A stretch of DNA of 64,000 nt. It comes from Azolla caroliniana (taxonomy: Eukaryota > Plantae > Polypodiophyta). Below, piece after piece: positions 37,518 through 49,510 of the stretch. The position numbers and the translations under genes are program-made. Numbering within the stretch: the stretch's first letter is position 1; every line of letters begins with the position of its first letter. Under the pieces are notes generated by a model, which worked only from the letters and a program-made list of their open reading frames with translations, had not been told where the DNA came from and searched no databases. Location of the stretch: the NCBI GenBank assembly GCA_043228905.1, contig JBHGNT010000003.1, positions 2,046,001 through 2,110,000 on the forward strand. The letters run 5' to 3'.

Positions 37518-40500
37518 TTACTCTTCGCCTGCCGGCCCTCCCTCGGCCTCGGATCGGTCGTCGCTGCTGTCCAGGAGAATCGGGTCGGGTTCGTCGTCGT
37601 GCCGCTTCTTGAAAGCTTTGATCCTCTTCCCGGCCACGGGTATCGCTATTCTCGTACCGTCGAGTTCCGCCAGATGATACGTCCCGTTTTCGTTGGCGCT
37701 CTGTACCGTGTACGGCCCGAACCATCTCCGTGCGAACTTCCGCGTTGATCGGTGCTGGTTGTCGAGGCTGCTGTCGTAGACGAGCACCCAGTCACCTTGT
37801 TCGATCTTCTTCGGTCGGAGTCGGTGCGTTCGGTCGAACCTGGCCTTGTTCTTTATCCTCGGCACTCGGATCCTTTCTGCAGCCGTCTCCACGTCCTCCG
37901 GTCTCCGTTCGAGTTGTCGTATACGCGCTGCCAACAAGTCCTCCCGGCTCATCTCGTCCCTCCAGTCGACCGTCGCCCATGAGGAGATTGTTTGTTCCAC
38001 CGGCATGATCGGCTTCTGGCCGAACATGAGCTCTGTCGGCATGTACCCGGTTACCGAACTGTGCGTAGTCCGGTCGGCCCACAAAGCATAAGGTAGAAGT
38101 CGCGGCCAGTTACCGACTTGGCCCCCGCATGCCCGAACCAGCGCTTTAACGATCGGCCCGTGTCCGCGCTCCACCTTTCCATTCGCCTCCGGGTTGTACG
38201 CAGTGGTGAGCGAGAGTTTGACTCCCAGCCGATCGAACAGCTCCGCGGCTTCCTCGGCGTCCAACTCCCCCCGGTCAGCCACGATCTTCCCGACGCACCC
38301 GTACCGGCATATCACGTCCTCGATCAGGAACCGACACACGGCCGCGGTCGTCTTGTTCTGAAGGGCTCGGCCTTCCACCTGGTTCGTCAGGTCTTCCCGC
38401 GCTAGGACCAGATACCGCATCTGTCCTACCCCCATCGGCATCGTCACTAGATCTACCATCCATTTGAAGTGGATAGTCGGAGGGTACGTAGGGCGAAGCC
38501 CATCCCGGTGTCGGACTATCGAGTGCATCTGACAACTCTCGCAAGTCGACACGAACCGATGCACGTCCCGGTACAATCCCGGCCACCAGTACTTCCCCTT
38601 CAGCTTCTCAAATGTCGCCCACGTTCCACGGTGTCCAGCCCAAGGGCTGTCGTGGTAGGCCGTCAGCAGCTCCTCCTGTTCTTCCTTCATCGCCACCACC
38701 CGGAGCGGAGCGCCGTCCCTCTTCTTCGGGTGCTTCCATAGGTAGCCATCCCGGAGAAAGAATCGATATGCTTTCTTCCGGATCCGGTTGGCCTCGTCCT
38801 TCGTCCATGACGCATCAGGCGTCATTGTCTTCAAAAACCCGCCGATCTGCAGCCACTCCCCGTCGTACTTGCTCGCGTCGAACTCGTTAAGCGCCGGAGT
38901 GCTCATCCCGTCGGTCGTTATGTATGCCGCCTCGAAGAAATCCACGCTGACTTCTTCGTCTTCCGAAACCATGCCGTCCTCGTCGTCGAACCTCGCCCTC
39001 GAAAGCATGTCGGCCATGGCGTTGTCTTTCCCGGAAATGTGTCGTATTTCCGGGTCCAGGGACTTGATGTACGCTATCCACCTGAGCATCGCCAGGTCCG
39101 GAGTCGCGCATCCGGAAACCATACCGAGAATCGGCAGGCAATCCGTCTCGATGATCACTGCTGTCCCTATCAGGTAGTCTTTGTCGGCCTTAACCGCCGA
39201 AACAATACCCTAGAGTTCGCGTTTAACCTGGGCGTATCCTCGCTGCCGTTCACTGAGGACTTTCGCGCCGAATCGGATCGGAAACCGATTGCCGTCCTCG
39301 TCTTCCTGGTTCACGACCCATCCGATCCCGGTCGGACTGGTATCCACCGTTATGAATACCGGGGTACCCTTCCCGTATACCGCCTTCCGGAGTGCCGGTG
39401 CCGCTGCAAGGGCCTCTTTCAGCTTCCGGACCGATTCCGCGTGCTCGTCTAGCCATTCGAACCTTCGCCCCTTTTTCAGCAACCCGTACAGTGGCTCCGC
39501 GACGTGTGCGTAATGCGGGATCCATATGTGGTAGAACGCGCATGCCCCCAGGAATCTCCGTACTTCCGTGACCGAGCTGCAGTCGGGCTTCATCGCGGAG
39601 ACGGCTTCTATCTTTGCCGGAGACGGTTTCCGGCCATATGGTCCACATAGATGTCCGACCACCATGATTTCCGACTGCCCGAATGCTGACTTCTCCCCCG
39701 AGAAGGTGAGCCTCGCATCCTCTAGCCTTTGTAGCACCTTCTCGCAGTCGTCGATGTGCGTTACCACGAATCGCCGGCATCCGTCCGGCCCGATCGTCTC
39801 GTCCTTTTCTTCCACCGGGCATCCCTTGATCGGGATGTCGTCCAGAAACGGCATGGTGACGTCCGGGATACAGTCCCTCAGAACCTTGTTCATCGCATTC
39901 ACCATGTGGGCCACCGAGTTGGTCCCTCCTTGCGGCAGTGTACACATCCGAACTAGGCCGAGGGGAGTTCGCATCGTCGTAATGTCTCTGCTCTCCACGG
40001 CTAGCTGGAACTGGTCGTACCCTGAGTATAGATCCCCGACCGAGTAAATTGACCTTCCGGCGAAGGCCTCCGCGAACTCGTCTATGGTCGGTCCGATCCC
40101 TGCGTTCCGAATGGTCACTCGATTGACCGGCTGCAGGTCCTGGATGAAGCGCAACGAACCGTTTTTCTTCGGTACGGTAAACCATCGATTCGAATATGGG
40201 GCGCTCGACGGCTCGAGAATTCCCATATCAACTTTCTGCCTCAGCAGCTCCATCAACTTCGGGATGTGAGCTCTCGGAACCGGGATTGGCTTGAGATTCC
40301 ATGGTACATGCGGTACCGTGAATATCACCATCGGCTCCACGATCGTCGGGTCAACGCATCCGATTTCCTCCGGCGAGAATGCGAAGGCTTTCCCGTGCCT
40401 TCCGAGCATTCTCCGAAACCGGTCTTCCTCCGCCGGCAGTAGGAACCCGCCCCCACCGATTTTGAGCTCTCGGAGCGTCTCGTCGGTGAAGGTGTGTCCT

Positions 40501-41009
40501 ATGCAGGCCGGATCTCGTAGACTAGGGTCCGATGCAACCCCTTTGATTCTCGTCGCGCTGTCCTCCGGTAAGGGTGCCGCGACTGGCCTTACCTTCCGGT
40601 CCACAGTCTTGTACTTGGTGCTTACGTGGGCCGTCCGAACTGACTCGAGCCCTCGACCGAAGTCCGCGATGACTTCGTACATCTCCTCGGAACACACCGG
40701 TATCGTCCGGTCTTCGTTAAGGCCTTCTTCGACTACCTTTCCCAGCATTCCCAAGGTGTCGTCGAATGAGACCGCCTCCACGGCTCCGTTGATTTCCTCG
40801 TCCGGGCCGAGAACTCCGCACGCTCGAAGTCTCCCTTCCACCTTTCTCTTCTCTCGGCCGCCGATGCCGACTATCGCACATGCTCCGCTGTCGGAGAGCA
40901 AAAATTCCCTACCTACGGTACAAGGTTTCTTCGGTTTTATCGTACAGGTGTGAGGTTTTCCCGGGGTGTCCGGACTGTCGCGGCCCCACGCCTTGGCAGT
41001 CCTCTCTAA
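37518..41009 (-). pseudogene. pol (RT-RH-INT) of C in the -1 frame, with a single TGG>TAG stop at 39210-39212
   Basis: ORFs 39210-40901 and 37518-39158 share one frame, which is open up to the slippery site. RT FLDD, RNase H TVDTS/ETDC, INT HHCC, D-D-E and GPY. No chromodomain. Confidence 0.9.
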
Positions 41010-42202
41010 AAATCCTCTCGGTTTTCGGAACCGAGGGAATCGCGGTTACGTTCGTGGTTCGGCCTTACCGTCAGAAACTGGACCGAATGGCGCTCGTCTT
41101 GGCTTTTGACCCTCGCGTAGGCCGAACCATTGTCCAGCACTTTGGTCTCCATTCGCGCCGCCGTGATGTACGGCTCTCCTAGAATGACCGGATGCGAAGA
41201 CGTCTCCTGCACGAAGAAGTGCTGGTCTATCTCGACGTCGCCAATCTTGACTCGCACATTCGGACAGGCCCCGTGCAGTTCCTCGGTGGCGCGCGTTGCT
41301 GCCCTTATTTTCCACCCGTGCTTGGTGTTGATCGGCCATTTGCCCTTCTTGTAGAAGTCCATGGACATCAAATTGATCTCCGATCCGTGGTCCACCAAAG
41401 CTATCACCGGTTCCCGGACATCGCCGATCTTCACCGGGGTTTCCGTGGTCGCTCGGGCCCAGTGTGGTCTCGAATAGTGGCTTTCCGCCCACTCGTCTCC
41501 CAGCGCCATGTCGTCTAGGTGCGTCGTCCGCACTTCCACCGGTCTTTCCGGTTCTGTCTCCGTCGACAGCCTCTTCCGTTTCACCAAGTCCACGATGGAG
41601 TCGTGGAACTCCTTCTTGGCGATTCCCAGCACCTCTCGTAACGACAGCTCCACCTTGCTGTCGAGGATCCGTTCCTCCAGGACCTTCCGTAAGTCCGTGG
41701 TCCTTTCTATCTCCGTCCCCAGACGGTACCCGCCCTTCTGGGGTTTATCTTGCGTACCGGCCCCGCCGGCTTCGTCCCGTCGTGGCCCGGACCGGGTCTC
41801 GTATCGTTGTGAGGGCCCGGTCGTCCCGGGTCTCCCCACCCGCTTCTCTTCTACCAGAGCCTCGTAGTTCTGGCAAGCAGCTTCCACGAAGCCCGTCCTT
41901 TCCTCGACCGGGTCGCTCCACCCGGTCATCTCCCGTACCCGTTTCTCCGCACGGTCCGATTCTTCCCTCTTCATCCTCGTATCGGCAAGGCCTTCCAGCA
42001 CCGTCGGCCAGAATCCGGCTTTGCTTTCCCTCCGGGCCTCGCCGCCCCCGACTCGAATGCCGGCCGACGCCGAGTAGTGGACGGTTTCCGCGTGTCGGGC
42101 CGCCGCCTCTTCCATCACCCTTTTCATACCGCCTTTTCCGTCGTTTCGGCTCAGGACCCTTCGGGTGTCGCTGGCATGCACCCGTCCTTCCCACAGGTAC
42201 AC
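41006..42202 (-). CDS. gag C-terminus plus aspartic protease of C
   Basis: ALVDHGSEIN active site and VILGEPY flap/C-terminal motif. Ends at G GAT TTT TAG. Confidence 0.85.
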   Translation of the reverse strand: MYLWEGRVHASDTRRVLSRNDGKGGMKRVMEEAAARHAETVHYSASAGIRVGGGEARRESKAGFWPTVLEGLADTRMKREESDRAEKRVREMTGWSDPVEERTGFVEAACQNYEALVEEKRVGRPGTTGPSQRYETRSGPRRDEAGGAGTQDKPQKGGYRLGTEIERTTDLRKVLEERILDSKVELSLREVLGIAKKEFHDSIVDLVKRKRLSTETEPERPVEVRTTHLDDMALGDEWAESHYSRPHWARATTETPVKIGDVREPVIALVDHGSEINLMSMDFYKKGKWPINTKHGWKIRAATRATEELHGACPNVRVKIGDVEIDQHFFVQETSSHPVILGEPYITAARMETKVLDNGSAYARVKSQDERHSVQFLTVRPNHERNRDSLGSENREDF

Positions 42203-42213
42203 TACCCTGTTCC

Positions 42214-42888
42214 TCAGCGCCTCCGCGAGCCCGACCCGGTCGCCCCGTTATCCGCCCATTCTCGCCGTTTGTCGAAACGGCCACAGGCCTTCCTGACAGC
42301 CGCCCAGTCGGTAGTGAGCCCGTCTTCGGTCTCCAGCAAGAAGCCCACTTGCTCCCGATCCCGCTCGTCGACCGACTTGACAAACAGCAAGACCCGGCTC
42401 GTGTCCAGGATGGTTCGGTCGAGCGCCGAAAGGCGCGCAAAGTTTTCCTCGAACTCCCGGAGGAGCGCCGACGCGTTTCTTCCCTTCCCCGGGGACTCCA
42501 CCCATTCCATGAACCTTCGCTTCGAAAGCCGGAGCGCGTCGTCCAGCCCGTATTTCTCTAGGAGCCGACCTTCGAACTCCTCCCAGGTACGGCTCTCCGT
42601 CCGCACCTCGAGCACCTCCGCATGGATGCTCGGCATCGCTACTCGGGGAAATCCGGCAAGACGCCTTTCTTCCGGAATGTCCCGCATCAGCATCTCTGCA
42701 CCGTAGGACGCCAAATACTTCGTGGCATCCTTCCCATCGAACCGGCCGATCGTGCCGACGACCGCCTCAATGGCTCTGTCGAGGGCACCGGTGCTCTCGC
42801 GCGCGTTTACAATCCGATCCACGGCCGAAGCCATGGCCTCTGCGAGATCCGACCCCCTCATTTCCTGCTCTTCTGTCGCCTCTTTCAC
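42214..42888 (-). pseudogene. gag N-terminal (capsid-like) part of C, frameshifted by an internal deletion
   Basis: GRFDGKDATKYL domain homologous to the gags of I, H and G. The zinc-knuckle segment present in A and D is missing. First ATG 42861. Confidence 0.8.
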
Positions 42889-42901
42889 GTCGGGTTCACC
42901 A
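42884..42901 (-). promoter_or_regulatory. Primer binding site complementary to the tRNA-Trp 3' end
   Basis: TGGTGAACCCGACGTGAA is the reverse complement of UUCACGUCGGGUUCACCA (plant tRNA-Trp 3' end, as recalled). Identical or variant PBS at 17429, 35031, 55553, 58722 and 63522. Confidence 0.8.
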
Positions 42902-45900
42902 AGATGTCGGGGTTGCTACGCCCTTGCGTGCAGAAAGGAGGAGGGACCACGAGGGTCTTGGACCGAAGAGCAAGAGAGAGCGGAGTAAGAGAGAGACCCG
43001 ATTACACAGAACCGAAGATTGCACAGGGACACGGCCCAACAAACAGAGATCACAAATAAACGCCGACGCAGATGGACGCAACAACGAAAGATATGTACTT
43101 ATGAATGCAAGAAAATAACAGACTAAAGTATTACAACCCACGGCGGGGCACGGAATAGATACTAACGAAAACGAACAGGGCGGCGAACAGATGCCGACCC
43201 CTGTATGTCGCGACGCACAGAAAGGGAAAACAGGTCGGAGGTGCTGCAGGACGCACTCGGGGCGTTCCACGGAACAGCGCAAGCCTCCTCGAAACCTGCA
43301 CAGGTACGCGATGGAGCAGAGGACAGAGAAAGCAGGAGTGAGAGAGGAGCTCCGAAATCGGTTCGGCAGCACTTTGTCCTCTCCGCGCGAGATATCCCAC
43401 TTCTATTCTTCCTCTTTCTTTTATATCCCGTCAAGAGGCCGTTTGGCATTAACTGCATACCAACCGAATCTACCCACCTAGGATCCTCGTATGTACCTAC
43501 TTCGCCCTTAGGTACTTCTTGGCGCGTGTGTGCGTGTAGAGCCGTTTCCCCACGCCTTGTTCCTCCGATTTCTCTTGTGGGCGGTTTTCTTCACGACACC
43601 GGCTACCAGACGAGGTTGGATGTGGACGGACGGAAGATGGGATCATGCAACAAACTAAAGTAAAGTGAAGAGAACTAAAGTAAAGGCCATGTGGACGCAA
43701 GCAACTAAAGTTGGAGTGCATGCAAAAAGTAAAGGTCATGTGGATGGTCACATGCAACTAAAAGAAAAAGCCATGCAACTGAAAATAGATGCAACTAAAA
43801 GAAAAAGCTAGGCAACTAAAAGTAGAGGCCATGCAACTAAAAGAAAAAGCTAGGCAACTAAAAGTAGAGGCCATGCAACTAAAAGAAAAAGCTAGGCAAC
43901 TAAAATTAGAGGCCATGCAACAAAAAGTGGAAAGGCTATGATCAAGGGAGAACTCTATATATATTCCATTTTTTTCTTACACTCAGACTCTTCATATTAT
44001 CTTAATTTTTTTCCTTTTCTTTGGGAGCTCTCTTATCTTATCGAAGCCAATAACCCTAATCTTCCCTACGGAAGCTATCTCTCAAGTAAACCATAATTTC
44101 CATACAGAAGCAATCTCTCAAAATCCAAAATTCCTTGTCAAAGCCATATCACTCAAGAATCATAATCTCTTATTTCCTTTAATCTATTATTCTAGTAATC
44201 TCCTTAAGATAAAACTTTTGTAATCCCAATCTTGGGATTGATTGTAATTTTTCTTTCTACTTGTTAATGAAATTTGTTAATATTTCTCATTTCGGTTAAT
44301 TCTTAGTACATAAATACACGAATTTGATATCCTCTAGTCAAAGGCCCTGGGGTCTTGTCTCAACGTTCATGTATCCTTGTCATATTTCTGCGACACCGAA
44401 TGGAGACAAAGGTGCTGGATAATGGTTCAGCCTACGCGCAGGTGAAAAGTTAGGATGGTTGGCACTCCATTCAGTTCTTAACAGTCTGGTCGAACCACGA
44501 CCTGAATTGGGATTCCCGCAGCGGCGAAAGCCGAGAGGATTTTTAGAAAGGACTATCAAGGCCTGGGGCCGTGATAGTCTGGACAACTGGAAGAAACCCC
44601 AAATCTAGAAAATTTTGGTTCTCTGAAAGCGGAGGTTGTATCGTGGCCAACATTGGTGGCTAGGAAAGGAAGCGGGTCAAAGAGCGCTTTAAGGCATGCG
44701 GAGCCTTAGGACCAGACGAAGGGATTAGTGACGTTGTGGAGGCGGTCTCATTCGACGACACCCTCGGGGAGGTCGAGAAGGTGATCGAAGAAGGCCTAAG
44801 CATTCCGGTCAATTCTATCGAGATGTATGAAGTCATCGAGGAATTCGGGAGGATGGTCGGGTCGGATCAGATGGCCGATTAGATACTAAGTACAAGATTG
44901 TGTACCGGAAGGTGAGGCCAGTCACGGCTCCCTTGCCAGAGGACAACTGGGAGCGAATGAAAGGGGTTGCGACCGACCCGAGTTTGCGAGATCCGGCCAG
45001 CATAGGACACCAGTTCACCGACGAGATGCTACAGGAGCTGAAGGTCTGTGGAGGTGGCTTCCTACTGCCGGCAGAGGACCCATTTCGGAGGATGCTCGAA
45101 AGGCACGCGAAAGCCTTCGCGTTCTCGTCAGGGGAGATCGGGTGCATCGACTTGGCAATCGTAGAACCAATGGTGATCTTCACTGTGCCACATGTGCTGT
45201 GGAGTCTCAAACCAATTCCAATACCGAGGGCTTACATCCCAGAGTTGATGCAGCTGCTCAAGCAGAAGGTGGAGATGGGGATTCTCGAACCGTTGAGTGC
45301 CGCTTATTCGAATTGGTGGTTTACGATGTCGAAGAAGAACAGCATGTTGTGCTTTATAGAGGACCTGCAACCCATCAACAAAGTGACAATCCGGAATGCA
45401 GGGGTCAGACCGACCATCAATGAGTTTGTTGAGGCCTTCGCCGGAAGGTCAATCTACTCGGTTGGGGATCTATACTCCGGGTACGACCAGTTCCAGCTAC
45501 CCGTGGAAAGTAGGGACATCACGACGATGTGAACACCTTTCGGCCTAGTTTGGATGTGTACCCTACCGCAAGGAGGGACCAATTCGGTGGCACACATGGT
45601 GAATGCAATGAACAAAGTGTTGAGGGACTGCATCCCGGGCATCGCCATGCCGTTTTTGGATGACATCCCGATCAAGGGAGGTCCGGAGGACGCAAAAGAA
45701 GAGTCGATCGGAGCAGACAGATGTCGGAGGTTTGTCGCGGACCATATCTCCGACTGCGAGAAGAACTGCAGAGGCTTGAGGGCGCTCGGCTTACCTTCCC
45801 CAGGGAGAAGTTGGCATTCGAACAATCGGAGATCATGGTGGTCAGTCACCTATGCGAACCACACGGCCGGAAACCATCTCCGGCAAAGGTAGAGGCTATC

Positions 45901-48900
45901 TCAGTGATAAAGGAGGAGTGTAGGTCGATCACAGAAGTCTAACAATTCCTGGGAGCATGTGCCTTCTACCACATATGGATTCCCCATTACGCGCACATCG
46001 TTGAGCCGCTCTACAGCTTGTTAAAGAAAAGAAGGAAATTTGAATGCACAGGAGAGCACAGAGGCAATCCGGAGACTGAAGGAGAGGCTGATGGTGGCAC
46101 CGGCTCTCCGGAAAACGTGTACAAGGCAGATACACAAGTCTACATGATGGTGGACACAAGTCTGAATGGAATCTGGTGGGTAGTCAATTAGAAGGACAAG
46201 GCAGGCGCGCGACACCCCATCCGATTTGGTGTAAAGGTACTGAGTGAGCGGCAACGAGGATACGCCCAAGTTAAGCGCGAGCTTTGGGGTATCGTTTCGG
46301 CGGTCAAGGCCGATAAGGACTATTTGATTGGGATGGAAGTGATAATTGAGACAAACTGCCTACCGATTCTTGGCATGGTTTCCAGATGCGCGACTCCAGA
46401 CCTGGCAATGCTTAGGTCGATCACATACATTAAGTCCTTGAATCCGAAGATACAACACATCTCCAGAAAAGACAATGCCATGGTCGATATGCTTTCAAAC
46501 GCATGGTTTGACAACGAGGATGACATGGTATCGGAGGACGAAGAAGTCGGTGTGGACTTAGACTTCGAGTCGGCTCGAATGTCGGCAAATAGATGAAGCA
46601 CTCTGGCCCTTAACACGTTCGACGAGTGTGACTACGACAGGGTGTGCCTTCAAGTCGGAAGGTTCCTAAGCACAATGGCACCGGACGCAGTGTGGATGAA
46701 GGAAGAGGCTGGTTGAATATGGTAGAAGGCCTACAAGTTCTTCTTGCGAGACGGTAAGATATGGCGGCATCCAAAGAAGTGGAACGACACACCACTCCAG
46801 GTGGTGACGAGGGAGGAGGAACAATCGGTGCTTGTGTCGGAATTCCACAAAAGCCCCTAGTCCGGACACCGGGGCACATGGGCCACATTCGAGAAGCTAA
46901 AGGAGAAGTATTGATGGTCGGGAATGTATCGGTACGTGCACCACTTCTTGGTGACATGCGATAGTTGTCAGATGCATTCTGGAATCCGGCATCGGTACGA
47001 GTTGCACCTGACACCTCAAGTGGATGGTCGATTTAGTGATGATGCCAATGGGGGTAGGACAAATGTAGTACCTAGTGCTCACAAGAGAAAACCTGACGAA
47101 TCAAGTGGAGGGCCGAGCGTTGACAAACAAGACGACCACAACCGTTTGCGGATTCCTGATCGAAGATGTGATTTGCTGGTACGGGTGCATTGGGAAGATC
47201 ATAGCTGACCGAGGGGAGTTGGACGTACAAGAAGCCGAGGAGCTATTTGATCTGCTAGGGGTTAAGCTTTCCCTCACGACGGCATGCAATCCAAAGGCAA
47301 ATGGGACGCGGACATGGACCAATCGTGAAGGCGATCGTGAGGGCATGTGATGGTGGGTCAGAAACTGGCCGAGACTCCTTCCCTATGCTTTATGGGCCGA
47401 CCGGACTACGCACAGTTCGGTGATCGGATACATGTCGGCCGAGCTCATGTTCGGGCAGAAGCCGGTCATGCCGGTGGAAAGAACGATCTCTTCATGGTTG
47501 GCGGTCGACTGAACGGAGGAGATGAGTCGAGCGGAACTGTTGGCGGCGAGGATCCGGCAACACGAGCGGCGGCCAGAAGATGTTGAGCGTGCGACGGTGA
47601 GGATAGCAATGTCGTGGAAGAAGAACAAGGTTATGTTCGACCGGACACACTGACTCCCCAAAAGTTCGCACAACGATGGTTCGGGCCTTACGTGGTTACA
47701 AGCATCAACAAAAACGCGACATACCAATTAGCCAAGCTCGACGGGACGAAAATAGCAGTACCGGTTGCCGGAAAGCGGATAAAGGCCTTCAAGAAGGGTC
47801 ATGAAGTCGAACCCGATCCGGAGGAATGGGCCAGAGACATGGAGGAGAACGAGGAGTCGGAGCTGGACGAGAACCGGATCACCGATGGTTCGGGAGAGGA
47901 GTAAAGACCGGGCTTGAATACCCACCGTTTCACTACTTGGCACATGCCGGAGGATGTGCAGTTTAGTGGGGGTGGATGTTGTGGGGAATTCCGGTCACTG
48001 GGAGAAAAGGAATCGGAGAGCGAGGGAACGAGGGTGTGCACGAATGCACACAAAGTTGTCTTTATGTACAAACATGTGTAAATAACATAGGACTAGGGAG
48101 TACGTCCATCTTGATGGGTACTTTAATGTCACACACACATAGAGAAGAATAAGAGCGATAGATAGGAGGAAATTGAGGAGGGGATCAAGGACGGAAAAGT
48201 GGTTGTAGTAATAACTTGATGTAACGGTCTCTCTCTCCTTGAGGTAAAAAAGGATGGAGAAAGGACTGAGAAGATATCCATGTTCTTGAGAAAGAAGCGC
48301 TATCTGACTAAGCTGTACAAGCTTTTGTTCTCTGTTTCGGTTTCTGGTTGTGTTGCGAGGCCTTCGTTTCACGTTGGTAGCTCGTGTGCTCCTGATCGGA
48401 GGCTGTTGCCGGTAGAGTCCGGTTGTAATTCTTTCCCCGCTGATTAATAGATTATTTTGTTGTCTCTTTGTTCTCTATTTTCTCCGTCTGTACCGTGTTC
48501 TTGTCACCATCCCATCCTGATTGCATGTGCGAGCCATGGGCTTGTTGTTCGCAGTCTAGTGCTACTCTAAAATCGGTAAAGCATGTCACGCCCGTTACCA
48601 TAAGGCATCTGGAAACCGATGCAGATCGGATACTTGTCCGGACCGCGCTCCGGCGAGCTTATCCGGTGAACGAATCGGGTAACCCTTTTCCATTGTCGGC
48701 TCTGAAATGGCGCTTCGGAGACAGTCACTTGGACACCGATCCGAATAATCCTTCTTCCGGCTCCGACTCCTTGGTCCTAGACCCCCGTGGTCCCGCCCTG
48801 TTCCAACACATCCACGCAGAAGTCCGCATCAGTGTCCCTACAGGGATTTGTATAAAATTCTCTCATCTATAAAATTTTATAACTAATTGAAGGAGTCTTT

Positions 48901-49510
48901 TTGGGAAAAAATAAAAAATCAAGAAAAACGAAAAGATTATAGCCTTCGTAAATATAAATCTACTCGTGTATCACATGAATAAACCAATAACTCGATAGGC
49001 TAGAATATCCCAACATACCAAATGAATGTTCAGTGACCTTTCACATGTAAACCTCTAAACCAATACTATGGAGTGGCCGCTACTTAAGTCTATAATGCAT
49101 TTTTGGAAACCATCATCTAATAGAGAGCATTGTAATTCTTTGCTAAAAGAGCTACTTGTGTCTTCTCTGTTATTATGTTGGCCTAGAAAGAAAAGATTGT
49201 GCTCTAAGTTTAATCTCTTGTTTCATTTGGGGTTCAAAGAGGTGGGAGATAACATTGAGGCTTGATCTCAAAGAATTTTGGAGTTTGTTGAAATGTGGTA
49301 ATTATTACGCATCCCACATAATTATGGGTTTATCTCGCAACAACTACAAAATATTGCATTCCTGCAAGGTCCTTTGTCTCTACAAAGAGAGGAGCATGCA
49401 TGGGTTGATTGGTGTTTAGGGGGTCAAACATCGTTTTTACAAGTGACTACTGTCATGAAGACTTACATTTTGGCTTATCAGGAGTCGAACCCACAACTTC
49501 TTGGTCTATG

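Larger units (their letters stand above)
36752..43598 (-). mobile_element. Young Ty3/gypsy element C (non-chromoviral, possibly Phygy/Selgy-like)
   Basis: 694-bp LTRs at 36752-37445 and 42905-43598, one substitution noticed. 4-bp TSD CCGG (36748-36751 / 43599-43602). PBS 42884-42901. PPT 37446-37462. Confidence 0.97.
36355..44395 (+). mobile_element. Solo LTR E (~1.19 kb net) in D's protease region, itself split by element C
   Basis: TGTCG..CGACA ends, TSD CCGAA (36350-36354 / 44396-44400). Removing it restores AARMETKVLD. Internal AACCGG and GCAACTAAAA repeats. Confidence 0.87.
35075..47904 (+). pseudogene. Gypsy D gag-pro/pol (capsid region deleted)
   Basis: CMWCDAVGHIRREC, LIDHGSKIN, RT PFLDDIPIKG, RNase H KRELWGIV, integrase and WFGPY motifs. 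Frameshift motif at 44537-44601. Confidence 0.88.
34119..48831 (+). mobile_element. Gypsy element D, degenerate full-length; hosts E and C
   Basis: LTRs ~34119-35029 and 47977-48831. PBS 35031-35048. PPT ~47961-47976. Flanks GCGT/GTGT. Confidence 0.92.

Noticed and set aside
39210-39212. Programmed stop-codon read-through in pol of C
   Set aside because: Copies D and F have TGG (Trp) here, so it is a simple G>A nonsense mutation.
41464-42561. 365-aa ORF and other long ORFs antisense to gypsy/copia coding regions
   Set aside because: Pro/Arg/Ser-rich shadows of GC-rich coding sequence, with no motifs and not conserved between copies.
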